Notes: a model not told the origin generated them from the sequence alone. Positions 18,136-29,247 are shown, numbered from the stretch's first letter. The stretch is 64,000 bases of DNA from Escherichia coli (GCF_029227855.1 NZ_CP074358.1); one strand, 5' to 3'. Numbers and translations are program-made.

Positions 18136-19497
18136 ATGACATTAGCAGCAATCACCATGACCGCCCCGGAAGCCGCCAGCCCTGTGCAGATGTACCGCGC
18201 GACCTACTCACCGGATGACAACAAACTGCGCCTGTATGCCGTGTCACGTCTTGACTCGGAGACGTATAAAAAAGTGCATGATGCCGGTTTCCGCTGGGCA
18301 CCAAAACAGGCGCTGTTTGTCGCGCCAGCCTGGACACCGGGCCGGGAAGACGTGCTCCTCTCACTTGCCGGAGAGATTGAGGATGAAGACAGCACGCTCG
18401 CTGAACGTCAGGAAGCACGGGCGGAGCGGTTTACCGGATACAGCGGAAAGCGGGCCAGTGAATCCGCACAGGCACTTGATGAAGTGGAAAGACTGGCCGC
18501 GATGATCCCGCCCGGTCAGCCCATTCTTGTGGGGCATCACAGCGAACGCCGCACCCGTCGTGATGCGCAGCGTATTGAAAACGGCATGAAACGAGCCGTG
18601 ATGCTCTTTGAACGTGCGGAATACTGGGAAGAGCGGGCGCGGTCGGCACTGCTTCACGCGAAGTATAAAGAACGTCCGGACGTTCGCTGGCGTCGTATCA
18701 AAAAAATCGAAGCTGATTTGCGCAAGGCTGAAAAGACCATCGCGCAGTCGCAGAAATATCTGACGATGTGGCGGGCTGAATCGCTGGATCTGAATATGGC
18801 AAAACTCATCAGCAGTCATGACCATATCAGCGCCTGTTTCCCGCTGGATACGTATCCGCGCCCGGCAGAAAAAAGCCAGTATGAAGGAAGTCGATCGTTA
18901 TGGTCGGCCCTGGATGATGACATCATCACCACGGAGCAGGCCCGCGAAATTGCGATCCGCTGTCATGAACGGCAGATTCAGCATCAACAACGCTGGGTTA
19001 ACCACTATCAGAACCGCCTGATCTATGAGCGTGCCATGCTGGACGAAAGCGGCGGCGTGGTTACCCGGACACAGGATTTTGAGCCGGGCGGACAGGTTTT
19101 CAGCCGGGGCGAGTGGCTGACCATCATCCGTGTGAACAAAAGCAACGGGGCGGTGAGTTCAGTCACAACGCCAAATTACAGTTTTCTCGGGTACAGCGGC
19201 ACGATGAAAGTGACGCCCGATCGCATCACGGACTACAAAGCACCATCGGCAGAAGAGGCTGCCGTCGCCAGTCAGGCCGCGAAGCGTCCGCCGGTAGTCA
19301 ACTATCCGGGGGAAGGTTTCCGGGAAATGACAAAGGCACAGTGGGCCGCCCTGCCCCGGGACTGTAAGGCCGTGCGCAGTGTGGCAGAAGCAGAAGACCA
19401 CGGGGCATACCGGTACCGCCGCACAATGGACAATAATTTCCGCCTGGTGAATGTGTATATCACCGACATGAAAATCACGGAAATCCCACAGAAATAA
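18136..19497 (+). CDS. Conserved hypothetical protein, 453 aa (DUF3560-like large leading-region protein)
   Basis: Long ORF with RBS ggaaggaga; charged helical middle region; family assignment from memory only. Confidence 0.65.
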   Translation: MTLAAITMTAPEAASPVQMYRATYSPDDNKLRLYAVSRLDSETYKKVHDAGFRWAPKQALFVAPAWTPGREDVLLSLAGEIEDEDSTLAERQEARAERFTGYSGKRASESAQALDEVERLAAMIPPGQPILVGHHSERRTRRDAQRIENGMKRAVMLFERAEYWEERARSALLHAKYKERPDVRWRRIKKIEADLRKAEKTIAQSQKYLTMWRAESLDLNMAKLISSHDHISACFPLDTYPRPAEKSQYEGSRSLWSALDDDIITTEQAREIAIRCHERQIQHQQRWVNHYQNRLIYERAMLDESGGVVTRTQDFEPGGQVFSRGEWLTIIRVNKSNGAVSSVTTPNYSFLGYSGTMKVTPDRITDYKAPSAEEAAVASQAAKRPPVVNYPGEGFREMTKAQWAALPRDCKAVRSVAEAEDHGAYRYRRTMDNNFRLVNVYITDMKITEIPQK

Positions 19498-19544
19498 GGT
19501 ATATCCCCCCGGGAAAATCCCCGGAGGATGACGGAGATAATGAT

Positions 19545-20108
19545 ATGCACAGTCAGTTAAGAGAACGTATCCGGCTGATGCGCGCAAGGCTGGATAACGC
19601 CGCGCCGGTTGCTGAAATCCGGGCTGAATCTCAGCTTTTTGTGACTCCTGCCCCGGTCTGTGATCGCCTGGTGATGCTGGCGGAGATCAGCAACCGTGAT
19701 CACATTCTGGAACCCTCTGCCGGCACCGGGGCCATACTGCGGGCGATTCGGGATACCGCGCCGGGGGCCATGTGTGATGCGGTGGAAATCAACAGCGGGC
19801 TGGTCCGGTATCTGCGGGAAAATTTTAACGGTGTCAGGGTTCAGTGTGGCGACTTCATGGAATGGCAGCCAGTGCAGTATTACAGCCGGGTTATCATGAA
19901 TCCGCCGTTCAGCCACGGGCAGGATATCCGGCATATCCTGCGGGCCTTTTCCCTGTTGCGTCCGGGTGGCGTGCTGGTCGCCGTCTGTCTCAACGGACCA
20001 CGCCAGCAGGAGAAGCTGTTACCGTTTTCTGACGTCCGCGAGGAGCTGCCGCGCGGCACGTTTGCTTATACCGATGTCCCGACGATGATTATTCGTCTGC
20101 GTGCCTGA
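19545..20108 (+). CDS. Small SAM-dependent methyltransferase-like protein (187 aa), candidate second orphan methyltransferase
   Basis: Motif I EPSAGTGA and NPPF motif; RBS ggagg. Confidence 0.65.
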   Translation: MHSQLRERIRLMRARLDNAAPVAEIRAESQLFVTPAPVCDRLVMLAEISNRDHILEPSAGTGAILRAIRDTAPGAMCDAVEINSGLVRYLRENFNGVRVQCGDFMEWQPVQYYSRVIMNPPFSHGQDIRHILRAFSLLRPGGVLVAVCLNGPRQQEKLLPFSDVREELPRGTFAYTDVPTMIIRLRA

Positions 20109-20264
20109 TGACACAGGGCCGGCGGGAGGATAAATGCCTGTCTGCCCGCGCCGGGAAAAAACGCGCGCCGGTGGCGCTGAAAGGGGCCGCGCTCACGCGC
20201 CGCCCCTTTCATTACGCGGACGTTCTGATGGGGGCTTCTGTTTCTTCATGCCTGTCATTTGTCT

Positions 20265-20965
20265 GTTACTGATGATGTTGTTGTTCCTGCTACTGCTACT
20301 GCTACTGCTACTGCTACTGCTACTGTTCTTCTTTTTCCTGCTGCTCTGATTCTGACTACTGCAGTGTTGTCCTGTCTGCCGGGCGCACCTTCGGCTCCCG
20401 GCTGCCTGGCGGCATCCGGTCGTCAGGCCCGACTCCGACAGGCAGCTGCTGGCGCACCTGCCAGTCTCCGCCGAACCCGCTGGCGCGGTTTCGGGCTGTC
20501 GCTACGGTCCGATGCGTGAAAACCCCGGGCTTGCAGCGACCGTTCCGGTCGCGCCACCCTTGTCGCGCCGTGGCCTGCGCTCCTGGCATCCCGGCAAAAG
20601 GCCGCCGGGATGTAAGGGGCAACGCCGTTTCGCAAACCGCGCTTCACGTCGTTGCGGCGGGTCCCTGCCCGTTGTTCTGTCCGGTGCCATTCACCTGTTT
20701 AAGCCCCTGTCGCCGGGGGCAAAGACAGCCACAACCGTCTCCGCCAGTCCAGGGGTGAAATGTACATCCCGCAAAACTTTTTGCCCAAAAGCAGGCAAAA
20801 ACTTTTGCGGTCTGCCCCCGGACAGTCGTTTCCGTCCGTGGCAGTGATGCCCCTTGCGGCGAAGGTTCTCAAAAAGGTGATGGTGAATACCGGAGGGAAC
20901 AAAAGGCAGGTCCCCGCAAAACGTCAAAACCGCGGCTCCCGAAACTCAAAAGATGATGGGGGCTG
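20265..20965. repeat. Frpo/ssi-like structured non-coding repeat, copy B (long form), immediately upstream of ssb
   Basis: Near-identical to copy C over ~620 bp; hairpin ccgcaaaactttttgcc-caaaagca-ggcaaaaacttttgcgg at 20769-20810. Confidence 0.6.
20287..20325. repeat. Hexanucleotide microsatellite (CTGCTA)x6.5
   Basis: Six perfect tandem ctgcta units plus ctg, at the 5' edge of repeat copy B; absent from copies A and C. Confidence 0.9.
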
Positions 20966-20991
20966 AAAACATCAACAGAAGGAGGCACATC

Positions 20992-21827
<836 letters not shown>

Positions 21828-21892
21828 GAGAGGTGCCGGACGGGGACACGTCCGGCAGACAATCATTATTACCGTTTTGGGAGGTACTAACT

Positions 21893-23851
21893 ATGTCAGT
21901 TACAGAGTCTAAGGCAAAAACGGAGCGTAAATCCAGCCGTAAACCTGCAAAAACGCAGGAAACAGTCCTGTCTGCCCTGCTGGCGCAGACGGAGGAAGTG
22001 AGCGTGCCGCTGGCCTCACTGATTAAATCACCGCTGAATGTGCGCACGGTGCCGTATTCTGTGGAGTCCGTCAGCGAACTGGCTGAGTCCATTAAGGGCG
22101 TTGGCCTGTTGCAGAATCTGGTCGTGCATACCCTGCCTGGTGACCGTTACGGTGTCGCCGCAGGTGGTCGCCGACTGGCTGCACTCAACATGCTGGCAGA
22201 GCGTGGCATCCTTACGGCTGACTGGCCTGTACGCGTGAAGGTCATTCCGCAGGAACTGGCGACTGCCGCATCAATGACTGAAAACGGTCATCGTCGGGAT
22301 ATGCACCCTGCCGAACAGATTGCCGGATTCCGCGCAATGGCGCAGGAAGGCAAAACACCTGCGCAGACTGGCGACCTGCTGGGCTATTCACCCCGCCACG
22401 TCCAGCGAATGCTGAAACTGGCAGACCTTGCACCCGTCATCCTTGATGCGCTGGCAGAAGACCGCATCACCACCGAACACTGTCAGGCGCTGGCGCTGGA
22501 GAACGACACCGCGCGTCAGGTGCAGGTGTTTGAAGCCGCCTGCCAGTCAGGATGGGGCGGTAAACCGGATGTGCGGGTTATCCGCAACCTGATTACCGAA
22601 AGTGAAGTGGCGGTGGCTGGGAACAGTAAATTCCGCTTCGTGGGGGCTGATGCCTTCTCGCCAGACGAACTGCGCACCGATTTGTTCAGCGACGACGAGG
22701 GTGGCTATGTGGACTGCGTGGCGCTCGATGCCGCCCTGCTGGAAAAACTCCAGGCTGTCGCAGAGTTCCTTCGGGAAGCCGAAGGCTGGGGATGGTGTGC
22801 CGGACGCATGGAGCCTGTAGATGAGTGCCGTGAGGATGCCGGAACATACCGCTGTCTGCCGGAGCCGGAAGCGGTGCTGACGGAGGCGGAAGAAGAACGT
22901 CTGAACGAACTGATGGCTCGTTACGACGCGCTGGAAAACCAGTGTGAGGAATCTGACCTGCTGGAAGCAGAAATGAAGCTGATGCGCTGCATGGCGAAGG
23001 TCAGAGCGTGGACGCCGGAGATGCGTGCCGGAGGTGGAGTGGTGGTGTCCTGGCGTTATGGCAACGTGTGTGTCCAGCGTGGTGTGCAGTTGCGCAGTGA
23101 GGATGACGTGGCTGACGACGCTGACCGCACGGAACAGGTGCAGGAGAAAGCGTCAGTGGGGGGAATCAGTCTGCCACTGCTGACGAAAATGTCTTCCGAA
23201 CGCACGCTGGCAGTCCAGGCGGCGCTTATGCAGCAACCGGACAAATCTCTGGCACTGCTGGCATGGACGCTCTGCCTGAATGTGTTTGGCAGCGGAGCGT
23301 ACAGTAAACCGGCACAAATCAGCCTGGAATGTAAACATTATTCGCTGACCAGCGATGCGCCGTCAGGGAAGGAAGGTGTCGCATTCATGGCGCTGATGGC
23401 AGAAAAAGCCCGTCTTGCTGCCCTGTTACCGGAGGGATGGTCACGGGACATGACGACCTTCCTGTCACTCAGTCAGGAGGTGCTGTTATCCCTGCTCAGT
23501 TTCTGCACCGCATGCAGCCTTAACGGTGTCCAGACCCGTGAGTGTGGTCACACGTCACGCAGTCCGCTTGACTCGCTGGAAAGCGCTATCGGATTCCACA
23601 TGCGCGACTGGTGGCAGCCGACAAAAGCAAACTTCTTCGGACACCTGAAAAAGCCGCAGATTATCACAGCCCTGAATGAGGCAGGACTGTCCGGTGCCGC
23701 ACGGGACGCGGAGAAGATGAAGAAAGGTGATGCGGCTGAACATGCAGAGCACCATAAGAAAGACAACCGCTGGGTTCCAGGCTGGATGTGTGCACCACAT
23801 CCACAGACAGATGCCACTGAACGCACCGATAACCTGGCTGATGCCGCCTGA
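21893..23851 (+). CDS. ParB-like nuclease-domain protein (652 aa) of the leading region
   Basis: N-terminal ParB/Srx box (GLLQNLVV...GGRRLAAL); RBS gggagg; start moved to MSVTESKAK. Confidence 0.8.
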   Translation: MSVTESKAKTERKSSRKPAKTQETVLSALLAQTEEVSVPLASLIKSPLNVRTVPYSVESVSELAESIKGVGLLQNLVVHTLPGDRYGVAAGGRRLAALNMLAERGILTADWPVRVKVIPQELATAASMTENGHRRDMHPAEQIAGFRAMAQEGKTPAQTGDLLGYSPRHVQRMLKLADLAPVILDALAEDRITTEHCQALALENDTARQVQVFEAACQSGWGGKPDVRVIRNLITESEVAVAGNSKFRFVGADAFSPDELRTDLFSDDEGGYVDCVALDAALLEKLQAVAEFLREAEGWGWCAGRMEPVDECREDAGTYRCLPEPEAVLTEAEEERLNELMARYDALENQCEESDLLEAEMKLMRCMAKVRAWTPEMRAGGGVVVSWRYGNVCVQRGVQLRSEDDVADDADRTEQVQEKASVGGISLPLLTKMSSERTLAVQAALMQQPDKSLALLAWTLCLNVFGSGAYSKPAQISLECKHYSLTSDAPSGKEGVAFMALMAEKARLAALLPEGWSRDMTTFLSLSQEVLLSLLSFCTACSLNGVQTRECGHTSRSPLDSLESAIGFHMRDWWQPTKANFFGHLKKPQIITALNEAGLSGAARDAEKMKKGDAAEHAEHHKKDNRWVPGWMCAPHPQTDATERTDNLADAA

Positions 23852-23905
23852 TGAACAACCACACCGCCCCGCCGGAGACGGGGCGGCAGCAAGGGAGATA
23901 TCGTG

Positions 23906-24340
23906 ATGAAAACTGAACTGACCCTGAATGCCCTGCAGTCCATGAACGCACAGGAATATGAAGATATCCGTGCTGCGGGAAGCGATATGCGCCGTAATCT
24001 CACTCACGAGGTGATGCGTGAAGTGGACGCACCGGCTAACTGGATGATGAATGGCGAGTATGGCAGTGAGTTCGGGGGCTTTTTCCCCGTCCAGGTTCGT
24101 TTCACGCCAGCCCACGAACGTTTCCACCTGGCGTTATGTTCACCGGGCGATGTCTCTCAGGTCTGGGTGCTGGTTCTGGTGAATGCCGGTGGTGAGCCGT
24201 TTGCGGTGGTTCAGGTACAGCGGCGGTTTGCACCGGAAGCCGTCAGCCATTCACTGGCACTGGCGGCGTCACTGGACGCGCAGGGGTACAGCGTCAGTGA
24301 CATCATCCATATCCTGATGGCGGAAGGAGGTCAGGCATGA
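23906..24340 (+). CDS. psiB: Plasmid SOS inhibition protein B
   Basis: 144 aa matching recalled PsiB ([25 protein letters not shown]...). Confidence 0.9.
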   Translation: MKTELTLNALQSMNAQEYEDIRAAGSDMRRNLTHEVMREVDAPANWMMNGEYGSEFGGFFPVQVRFTPAHERFHLALCSPGDVSQVWVLVLVNAGGEPFAVVQVQRRFAPEAVSHSLALAASLDAQGYSVSDIIHILMAEGGQA

Positions 24341-25056
24341 GCGCACGTTCACAGGCACTGGTTCCTCTCAGCACAGAGCAACAGGCCGCATGGCGGGCGG
24401 TGGCGGAGACCGAAAAACGCCGCCATCAGGGTAACACGCTGGCTGAATATCCGTATGCGGGGGCGTTTTTCCGCTGTCTGAACGGAAGCCGCAGGATATC
24501 GCTGTCTGACCTGCGATTTTTCATGCCGTCCCTGACCGCAGAAGAACTGCACGGCAACCGTCTTCAGTGGCTGTATGCCATCGATGTGCTGATTGAAACA
24601 CAGGGCGAGGTCTGCCTCCTTCCCCTTCCCGGTGATGCAGCAGAGCGCTTGTTCCCGTCGGTGCGGTTTCGTGTCAGGGAACGCAGTCGCCATAAATCCG
24701 CGCTGGTCATGCAGAAGTACAGCCGCCAGCAGGCGAGGGAGGCAGAGCAGAAAGCCCGTGCGTACCAGGCGCTGGTCGCTCAGGCTGAAATCGAACTGGC
24801 ATTCCATTCGCCGGAAACAGTCGGAAGCTGGCATGCACGCTGGAGTGACCGGGTGGCAGAGCATGACCTGGAAACCCTGTTCTGGCAGTGGGGCGAGCGT
24901 TTTCCGTCACTGGCCGGAATGGAACGCTGGCAGTGGCAGGATATGCCATTCTGGCAGGTCATCGCAGAGGCTGGTATGGCGGCAAGGGTGGTTGGTCATG
25001 CTGTTCGTGAGATGGAGCGGTGGATGGTGCCGAACAAACTCCGGGAGGCAGCGTGA
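24337..25056 (+). CDS. psiA: Plasmid SOS inhibition protein A
   Basis: 239 aa, coupled to psiB (ATGA overlap), matches recalled PsiA. Confidence 0.9.
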   Translation: MSARSQALVPLSTEQQAAWRAVAETEKRRHQGNTLAEYPYAGAFFRCLNGSRRISLSDLRFFMPSLTAEELHGNRLQWLYAIDVLIETQGEVCLLPLPGDAAERLFPSVRFRVRERSRHKSALVMQKYSRQQAREAEQKARAYQALVAQAEIELAFHSPETVGSWHARWSDRVAEHDLETLFWQWGERFPSLAGMERWQWQDMPFWQVIAEAGMAARVVGHAVREMERWMVPNKLREAA

Positions 25057-25249
25057 TGCGGCAACAATCACACGGATTTCCCGTGAACGGTCTGAATGAG
25101 CGGATTATTTTCAGGGAAAGTGAGTGTGGTCAGCGTGCAGGTATATGGGCTATGATGTGCCCGGCGCTTGAGGCTTTCTGCCTCATGACGTGAAGGTGGT
25201 TTGTTGCCGTGTTGTGTGGCAGAAAGAAGATAGCCCCGTAGTAAGTTAA

Positions 25250-25320
25250 TTTTCATTAACCACCACGAGGCATCCCTATGTCTAGTCCACATCAGGATAG
25301 CCTCTTACCGCGCTTTGCGC
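25250..25320 (-). ncRNA. sok: Candidate Sok-like antisense RNA of the hok/mok locus (approximate coordinates)
   Basis: Inferred from hok/sok architecture; region antisense to the mok translation-initiation region. Confidence 0.35.
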
Positions 25321-25490
25321 AAGGAGAAGAAGGCCATGAAACTACCACGAAGTTCCCTTGTCTGGTGTGTGTTGATCGTGTGTCTCACACTGTTGATATT
25401 CACTTATCTGACACGAAAATCGCTGTGCGAGATTCGTTACAGAGACGGACACAGGGAGGTGGCGGCTTTCATGGCTTACGAATCCGGTAA
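25278..25490 (+). CDS. mok: Mok-like overlapping reading frame (modulator of hok translation)
   Basis: 70-codon ORF overlapping hok in another frame, as in hok/sok loci. Confidence 0.5.
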   Translation: MSSPHQDSLLPRFAQGEEGHETTTKFPCLVCVDRVSHTVDIHLSDTKIAVRDSLQRRTQGGGGFHGLRIR

Positions 25491-25494
25491 GTAG
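25336..25494 (+). CDS. hok: Hok-family membrane toxin (52 aa)
   Basis: [52 protein letters not shown]; not in the ORF track because <60 aa; RBS aggagaag. Confidence 0.9.
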   Translation: MKLPRSSLVWCVLIVCLTLLIFTYLTRKSLCEIRYRDGHREVAAFMAYESGK

Positions 25495-25744
25495 CAACCT
25501 GGAGGCGGGCGCAGGCCCGCCTTTTCAGGACTGATGCTGGTCTGACTACTGAAGCGCCTTTATAAAGGGGCTGCTGGTTCGCCGGTAGCCCCTTTCTCCT
25601 TGCTGATGTTGTACGGGCATGAACAACCTGACTTCAGGAAGGTCGTTTCCCTTCAGGAACGGGGATGAACGCGCGCCTGCGGCGCCCGTTCTTTTCCCCC
25701 GCCTTCTCTGGTTATGGCCTGTCAGAAATCACATCACCTTCCCT

Positions 25745-26395
25745 GTGATTATTCTCTTTTTCTTCCTGCTCTGATTCTGACTACTGCAGTGTTGTCCTGT
25801 CTGCCGGGCGCACCTTCGGCTCCCGGCTGCCTGGCGGCATCCGGTCGTCAGGCCCGACTCCGACAGGCAGCTGCTGGCGCACCTGCCAGTCTCCGCCGAA
25901 CCCGCTGGCGCGGTTTCGGGCTGTCGCTACGGTCCGATGCGTGAAAACCCCGGGCTTGCAGCGACCGTTCCGGTCGCGCCGCCTCTGTCGCGCCGTGGCC
26001 TGCGCTCCTGGCATCCCGGCAAAAGGCCGCCGGGATGTAAGGGGCAACGCCGTTTCGCAAACCGCGCTTCACGTCGTTGCGGCGGGTCCCTGCCCGTTGT
26101 TCTGTCCGGTGCCATTCACCTGTTTAAGCCCCTGTCGCCGGGGGCTGATACAGCCACAACCTGCCGCACTGACTGTCCAGGGTAAATGAACAGCCCGCAA
26201 AACTTTTTGCCCAGAAGCAGGCAAAAACTTTTGCGGTCTGCCCCCGGACAGTCGTTTCCGGCCGTGGCAGTGATGCCCCATGCGGCGAAGGTTCTCAAAC
26301 AGGTGATGGTGAATACCGGAGGGAACAAAAGGCAGGTCCCCGCAAAACGTCAAAACCGCGGCTCCCGAAACTCAACAGATGATGGGGGCTGAAAA
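25745..26395. repeat. Frpo/ssi-like structured non-coding repeat, copy C (long form)
   Basis: Near-identical to copy B; hairpin 26195-26236; 3' part resembles copy A (ctgatacagccacaacctgccgcactgactgtccagggtaaatgaacagccc). Confidence 0.6.
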
Positions 26396-26416
26396 CCAGA
26401 GAGAGGAGAAAGCAGG

Positions 26417-26704
26417 ATGAGTACCCGAAATATCCAAGTTAACACCGCGTCGTACACGCTTCTTGTTGCCGGGAAGAAAAAAAACACCGGGGAAGAGTGG
26501 GACGTCCTGGAATTCAGCAGCCTGACTGAGCTGAAAAAATATCGCAAAAGCCACCCGGAAAAGATGGCCTTCAGTTATAGCTACGCGCTCAGTCAGGGTG
26601 TGGATAAGCAGTTCCGCCATATCAACATTGCGGAAGCCGATCACTTCAAACAGTTCCTGCGTCAGATTAAGCGTGCCGGCCTCGATATCCGGGCGATCTG
26701 CTGA
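26417..26704 (+). CDS. Small conserved leading-region protein (95 aa)
   Basis: ATG 26417 with aggagaaagcagg RBS directly after repeat copy C. Confidence 0.55.
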   Translation: MSTRNIQVNTASYTLLVAGKKKNTGEEWDVLEFSSLTELKKYRKSHPEKMAFSYSYALSQGVDKQFRHINIAEADHFKQFLRQIKRAGLDIRAIC

Positions 26705-26823
26705 CCGGATGTGATGAATACCCCTCCTGATTGTTGCAATCTTGTTAATGGAGATCGGGGGGGGATGATATTAAGCGGAAAAATTTTTTATTAAATTTAT
26801 TCTTTCATAAAGGAGTAGCTGTT

Positions 26824-27588
26824 ATGCGATTAGCTTCCCGTTTTGGTCGGTATAATTCCATCCGCCGTGAACGTCCTTTAACGGATGATGAATTAATGCA
26901 GTTCGTGCCTTCGGTATTTTCCGGTGATAAACCTGAGTCCCGGAGTGAACGTTATACGTATATTCCAACAATCAATATCATCAATAAGTTACGTGATGAA
27001 GGTTTCCAGCCATTCTTTGCCTGTCAGAGTCGGGTTCGTGATTTGGGACGTCGCGAATACAGTAAACATATGTTACGTCTTCGCAGGGAAGGGCATATTA
27101 ACGGACAGGAAGTTCCTGAAATTATCCTGCTTAATTCACATGATGGTTCATCCAGTTATCAGATGATCCCCGGAATTTTTCGTTTTGTCTGCACAAATGG
27201 CCTGGTGTGCGGAAATAATTTTGGCGAAATCCGCGTTCCACATAAAGGTGATATTGTCGGGCAGGTTATCGAGGGAGCGTATGAAGTGCTCGGTGTCTTT
27301 GATAAGGTCACTGATAATATGGAGGCGATGAAAGAAATTCATCTTAACAGTGACGAGCAACATTTATTTGGCAGAGCTGCACTGATGGTCAGGTATGAAG
27401 ATGAAAATAAAACGCCAGTGACACCTGAACAGATAATTATTCCCCGTCGTCGGGAAGACAAACAGAACGATCTCTGGACAACCTGGCAGCGGGTTCAGGA
27501 GAATATGATAAAAGGTGGATTATCGGGGCGAAGTGCCTCCGGAAAAATACCAGGACAAGAGCCATTACAGGTATTGATGGTGATATAA
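26824..27588 (+). CDS. Conserved leading-region protein (254 aa), oriT-proximal
   Basis: RBS aaaggag; no catalytic motif recognised. Confidence 0.6.
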   Translation: MRLASRFGRYNSIRRERPLTDDELMQFVPSVFSGDKPESRSERYTYIPTINIINKLRDEGFQPFFACQSRVRDLGRREYSKHMLRLRREGHINGQEVPEIILLNSHDGSSSYQMIPGIFRFVCTNGLVCGNNFGEIRVPHKGDIVGQVIEGAYEVLGVFDKVTDNMEAMKEIHLNSDEQHLFGRAALMVRYEDENKTPVTPEQIIIPRRREDKQNDLWTTWQRVQENMIKGGLSGRSASGKIPGQEPLQVLMVI

Positions 27589-27940
27589 GAATCAACAAGG
27601 CGTTATGGGTGATTGCCGAACAGTTCAGAAAGTGGAAGTCATGATAATATAAGTAAAGCCCCGAAAAAATTTTCGGGGCTTTACTTATATTATCATTTTT
27701 CGGCATTGCTGTGTCGTCTGATATACCTCAATTTCATCAACCGGCTTTCCGGTTGTCTGTAAATATTGTGCCCGCGAAAAATGGTCTGGCAGGAGGCTGC
27801 GCAGTTACCGGGTATATATAAGATGGGTTCCCGCTTCGCGGGGCTTCGGCCAGTCAGTATTGTCACTCATATGATATTTTTGTGTGTGGCCTTCCATGCC
27901 GCTTTTGCGGCATAACCGGTATCTGACAATGTCTGTAAGA

Positions 27941-28450
27941 TTAATTGTTCTGCACGCTGTTAATTTCCGGAAGTGATTTCTTCGTGGCCGGAAGCCGGAT
28001 ACCTTTACTGCTTTTTATCCCGGTATAAATCCGGTAAACATCTGATGCGTAGGCAAGACGTCTCTGGTTCTGGCGTTCGGTTTTCCTGAATCCGGCATTG
28101 TATGCACCAACGGCCTCCCAGGTGACGCCCCATTTTTTAAATGCTATTGCCAGATAATAAGCACCGGTATAAATGTTCATGCAGGGATCTGTTGTCAGAT
28201 GTTCTGGCTTAATTCCGTAGCGGGCCAGTTCGTTAAAATGCTGGGAATCTACCTGCATCAGTCCGCTGCCATATCCCGTTACCGGATTAATACCGATGGC
28301 ATTAACCCGGTAACGGGATTCTTGCCATGATATTGCTCTCAGTAAATCAGGATCTATTTTGTAATCCCGGCCTGCAAGATCAAAGCAATCAGTGGCCTGG
28401 CAGATCTCATTTATAAACATCAGGCAGATGGCTAACATCCATTTTTTCAT
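27941..28450 (-). CDS. Lytic transglycosylase (F plasmid gene X / orf169 / P19 family), 169 aa
   Basis: Signal peptide [19 protein letters not shown]; SLT motifs ISWQESRY and GLMQV; start moved to MKKW (ATG 28450). Confidence 0.85.
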   Translation of the reverse strand: MKKWMLAICLMFINEICQATDCFDLAGRDYKIDPDLLRAISWQESRYRVNAIGINPVTGYGSGLMQVDSQHFNELARYGIKPEHLTTDPCMNIYTGAYYLAIAFKKWGVTWEAVGAYNAGFRKTERQNQRRLAYASDVYRIYTGIKSSKGIRLPATKKSLPEINSVQNN

Positions 28451-28499
28451 TTTTCCACCTCTGGTGACTTTATCCGTAAATAATTTAACCCACTCCACA

Positions 28500-28860
28500 A
28501 AAAGGCTCAACAGGTTGGTGGTTCTCACCACCAAAAGCACCACACCCCACGCAAAAACAAGTTTTTGCTGATTTTTCTTTATAAATAGAGAGTTATGAAA
28601 AATTAGTTTCTCTTACTCTCTTTATGATATTTAAAAAAGCGGTGTCGGCGCGGCTACAACAACGCGCCGACACCGCTTTGTAGGGGTGGTGCTGACTATT
28701 TTTATAAAAAACATTATTTTATATTAGGGGTGCTGCTAGCGGCGCGGTGTGTTTTTTTATAGGATACCGCTAGGGGCGCTGCTAGCGGTGCGTCCCTGTT
28801 TGCATTATGAATTTTAGTGTTTCGAAATTAACTTTATTTTATGTTCAAAAAAGGTAATCT
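28500..28860. other. oriT: Origin of transfer (oriT) with F-type nic region and inverted/direct repeats
   Basis: Bottom strand carries ttgcgtggggtgtggtgcttttggtggtgagaacc (F-like nic sequence, nick near 28540/28541); 14-bp inverted repeat gcggtgtcggcgcg/cgcgccgacaccgc at 28639-28676; direct repeats gctgctagcgg(c/t)gcg. Confidence 0.75.
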
Positions 28861-28863
28861 CTA

Positions 28864-29247
28864 ATGGCTAAGGTGAACCTGTATATCAGCAATGATGCCT
28901 ATGAAAAAATAAATGCGATTATTGAGAAGCGTCGACAGGAAGGGGCAAGGGAAAAAGATGTCAGTTTTTCAGCAACAGCTTCAATGCTTCTTGAACTGGG
29001 GCTTCGTGTACATGAGGCTCAGATGGAGCGTAAAGAGTCTGCATTTAATCAGACTGAGTTTAATAAATTGCTTCTTGAATGCGTTGTAAAAACACAATCA
29101 TCAGTAGCGAAAATTTTGGGTATTGAGTCTCTCAGTCCTCATGTCTCCGGAAATCCAAAGTTTGAATATGCCAATATGGTTGAAGATATCAGGGAGAAGG
29201 TATCATCTGAGATGGAACGATTTTTTCCAAAAAATGATGATGAATAA
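28864..29247 (+). CDS. traM: TraM relaxosome accessory protein
   Basis: 127 aa matching recalled F TraM (MAKVNLYISNDAYEKINAIIEKRRQEGAREKDVSFSATASMLLELGL...). Confidence 0.95.
   Translation: MAKVNLYISNDAYEKINAIIEKRRQEGAREKDVSFSATASMLLELGLRVHEAQMERKESAFNQTEFNKLLLECVVKTQSSVAKILGIESLSPHVSGNPKFEYANMVEDIREKVSSEMERFFPKNDDE

Noticed and set aside
20134-20349. 71-aa poly-Leu/Phe ORF
   Set aside because: Translation of the (CTGCTA)n microsatellite and a pyrimidine-rich tract; not a plausible protein.
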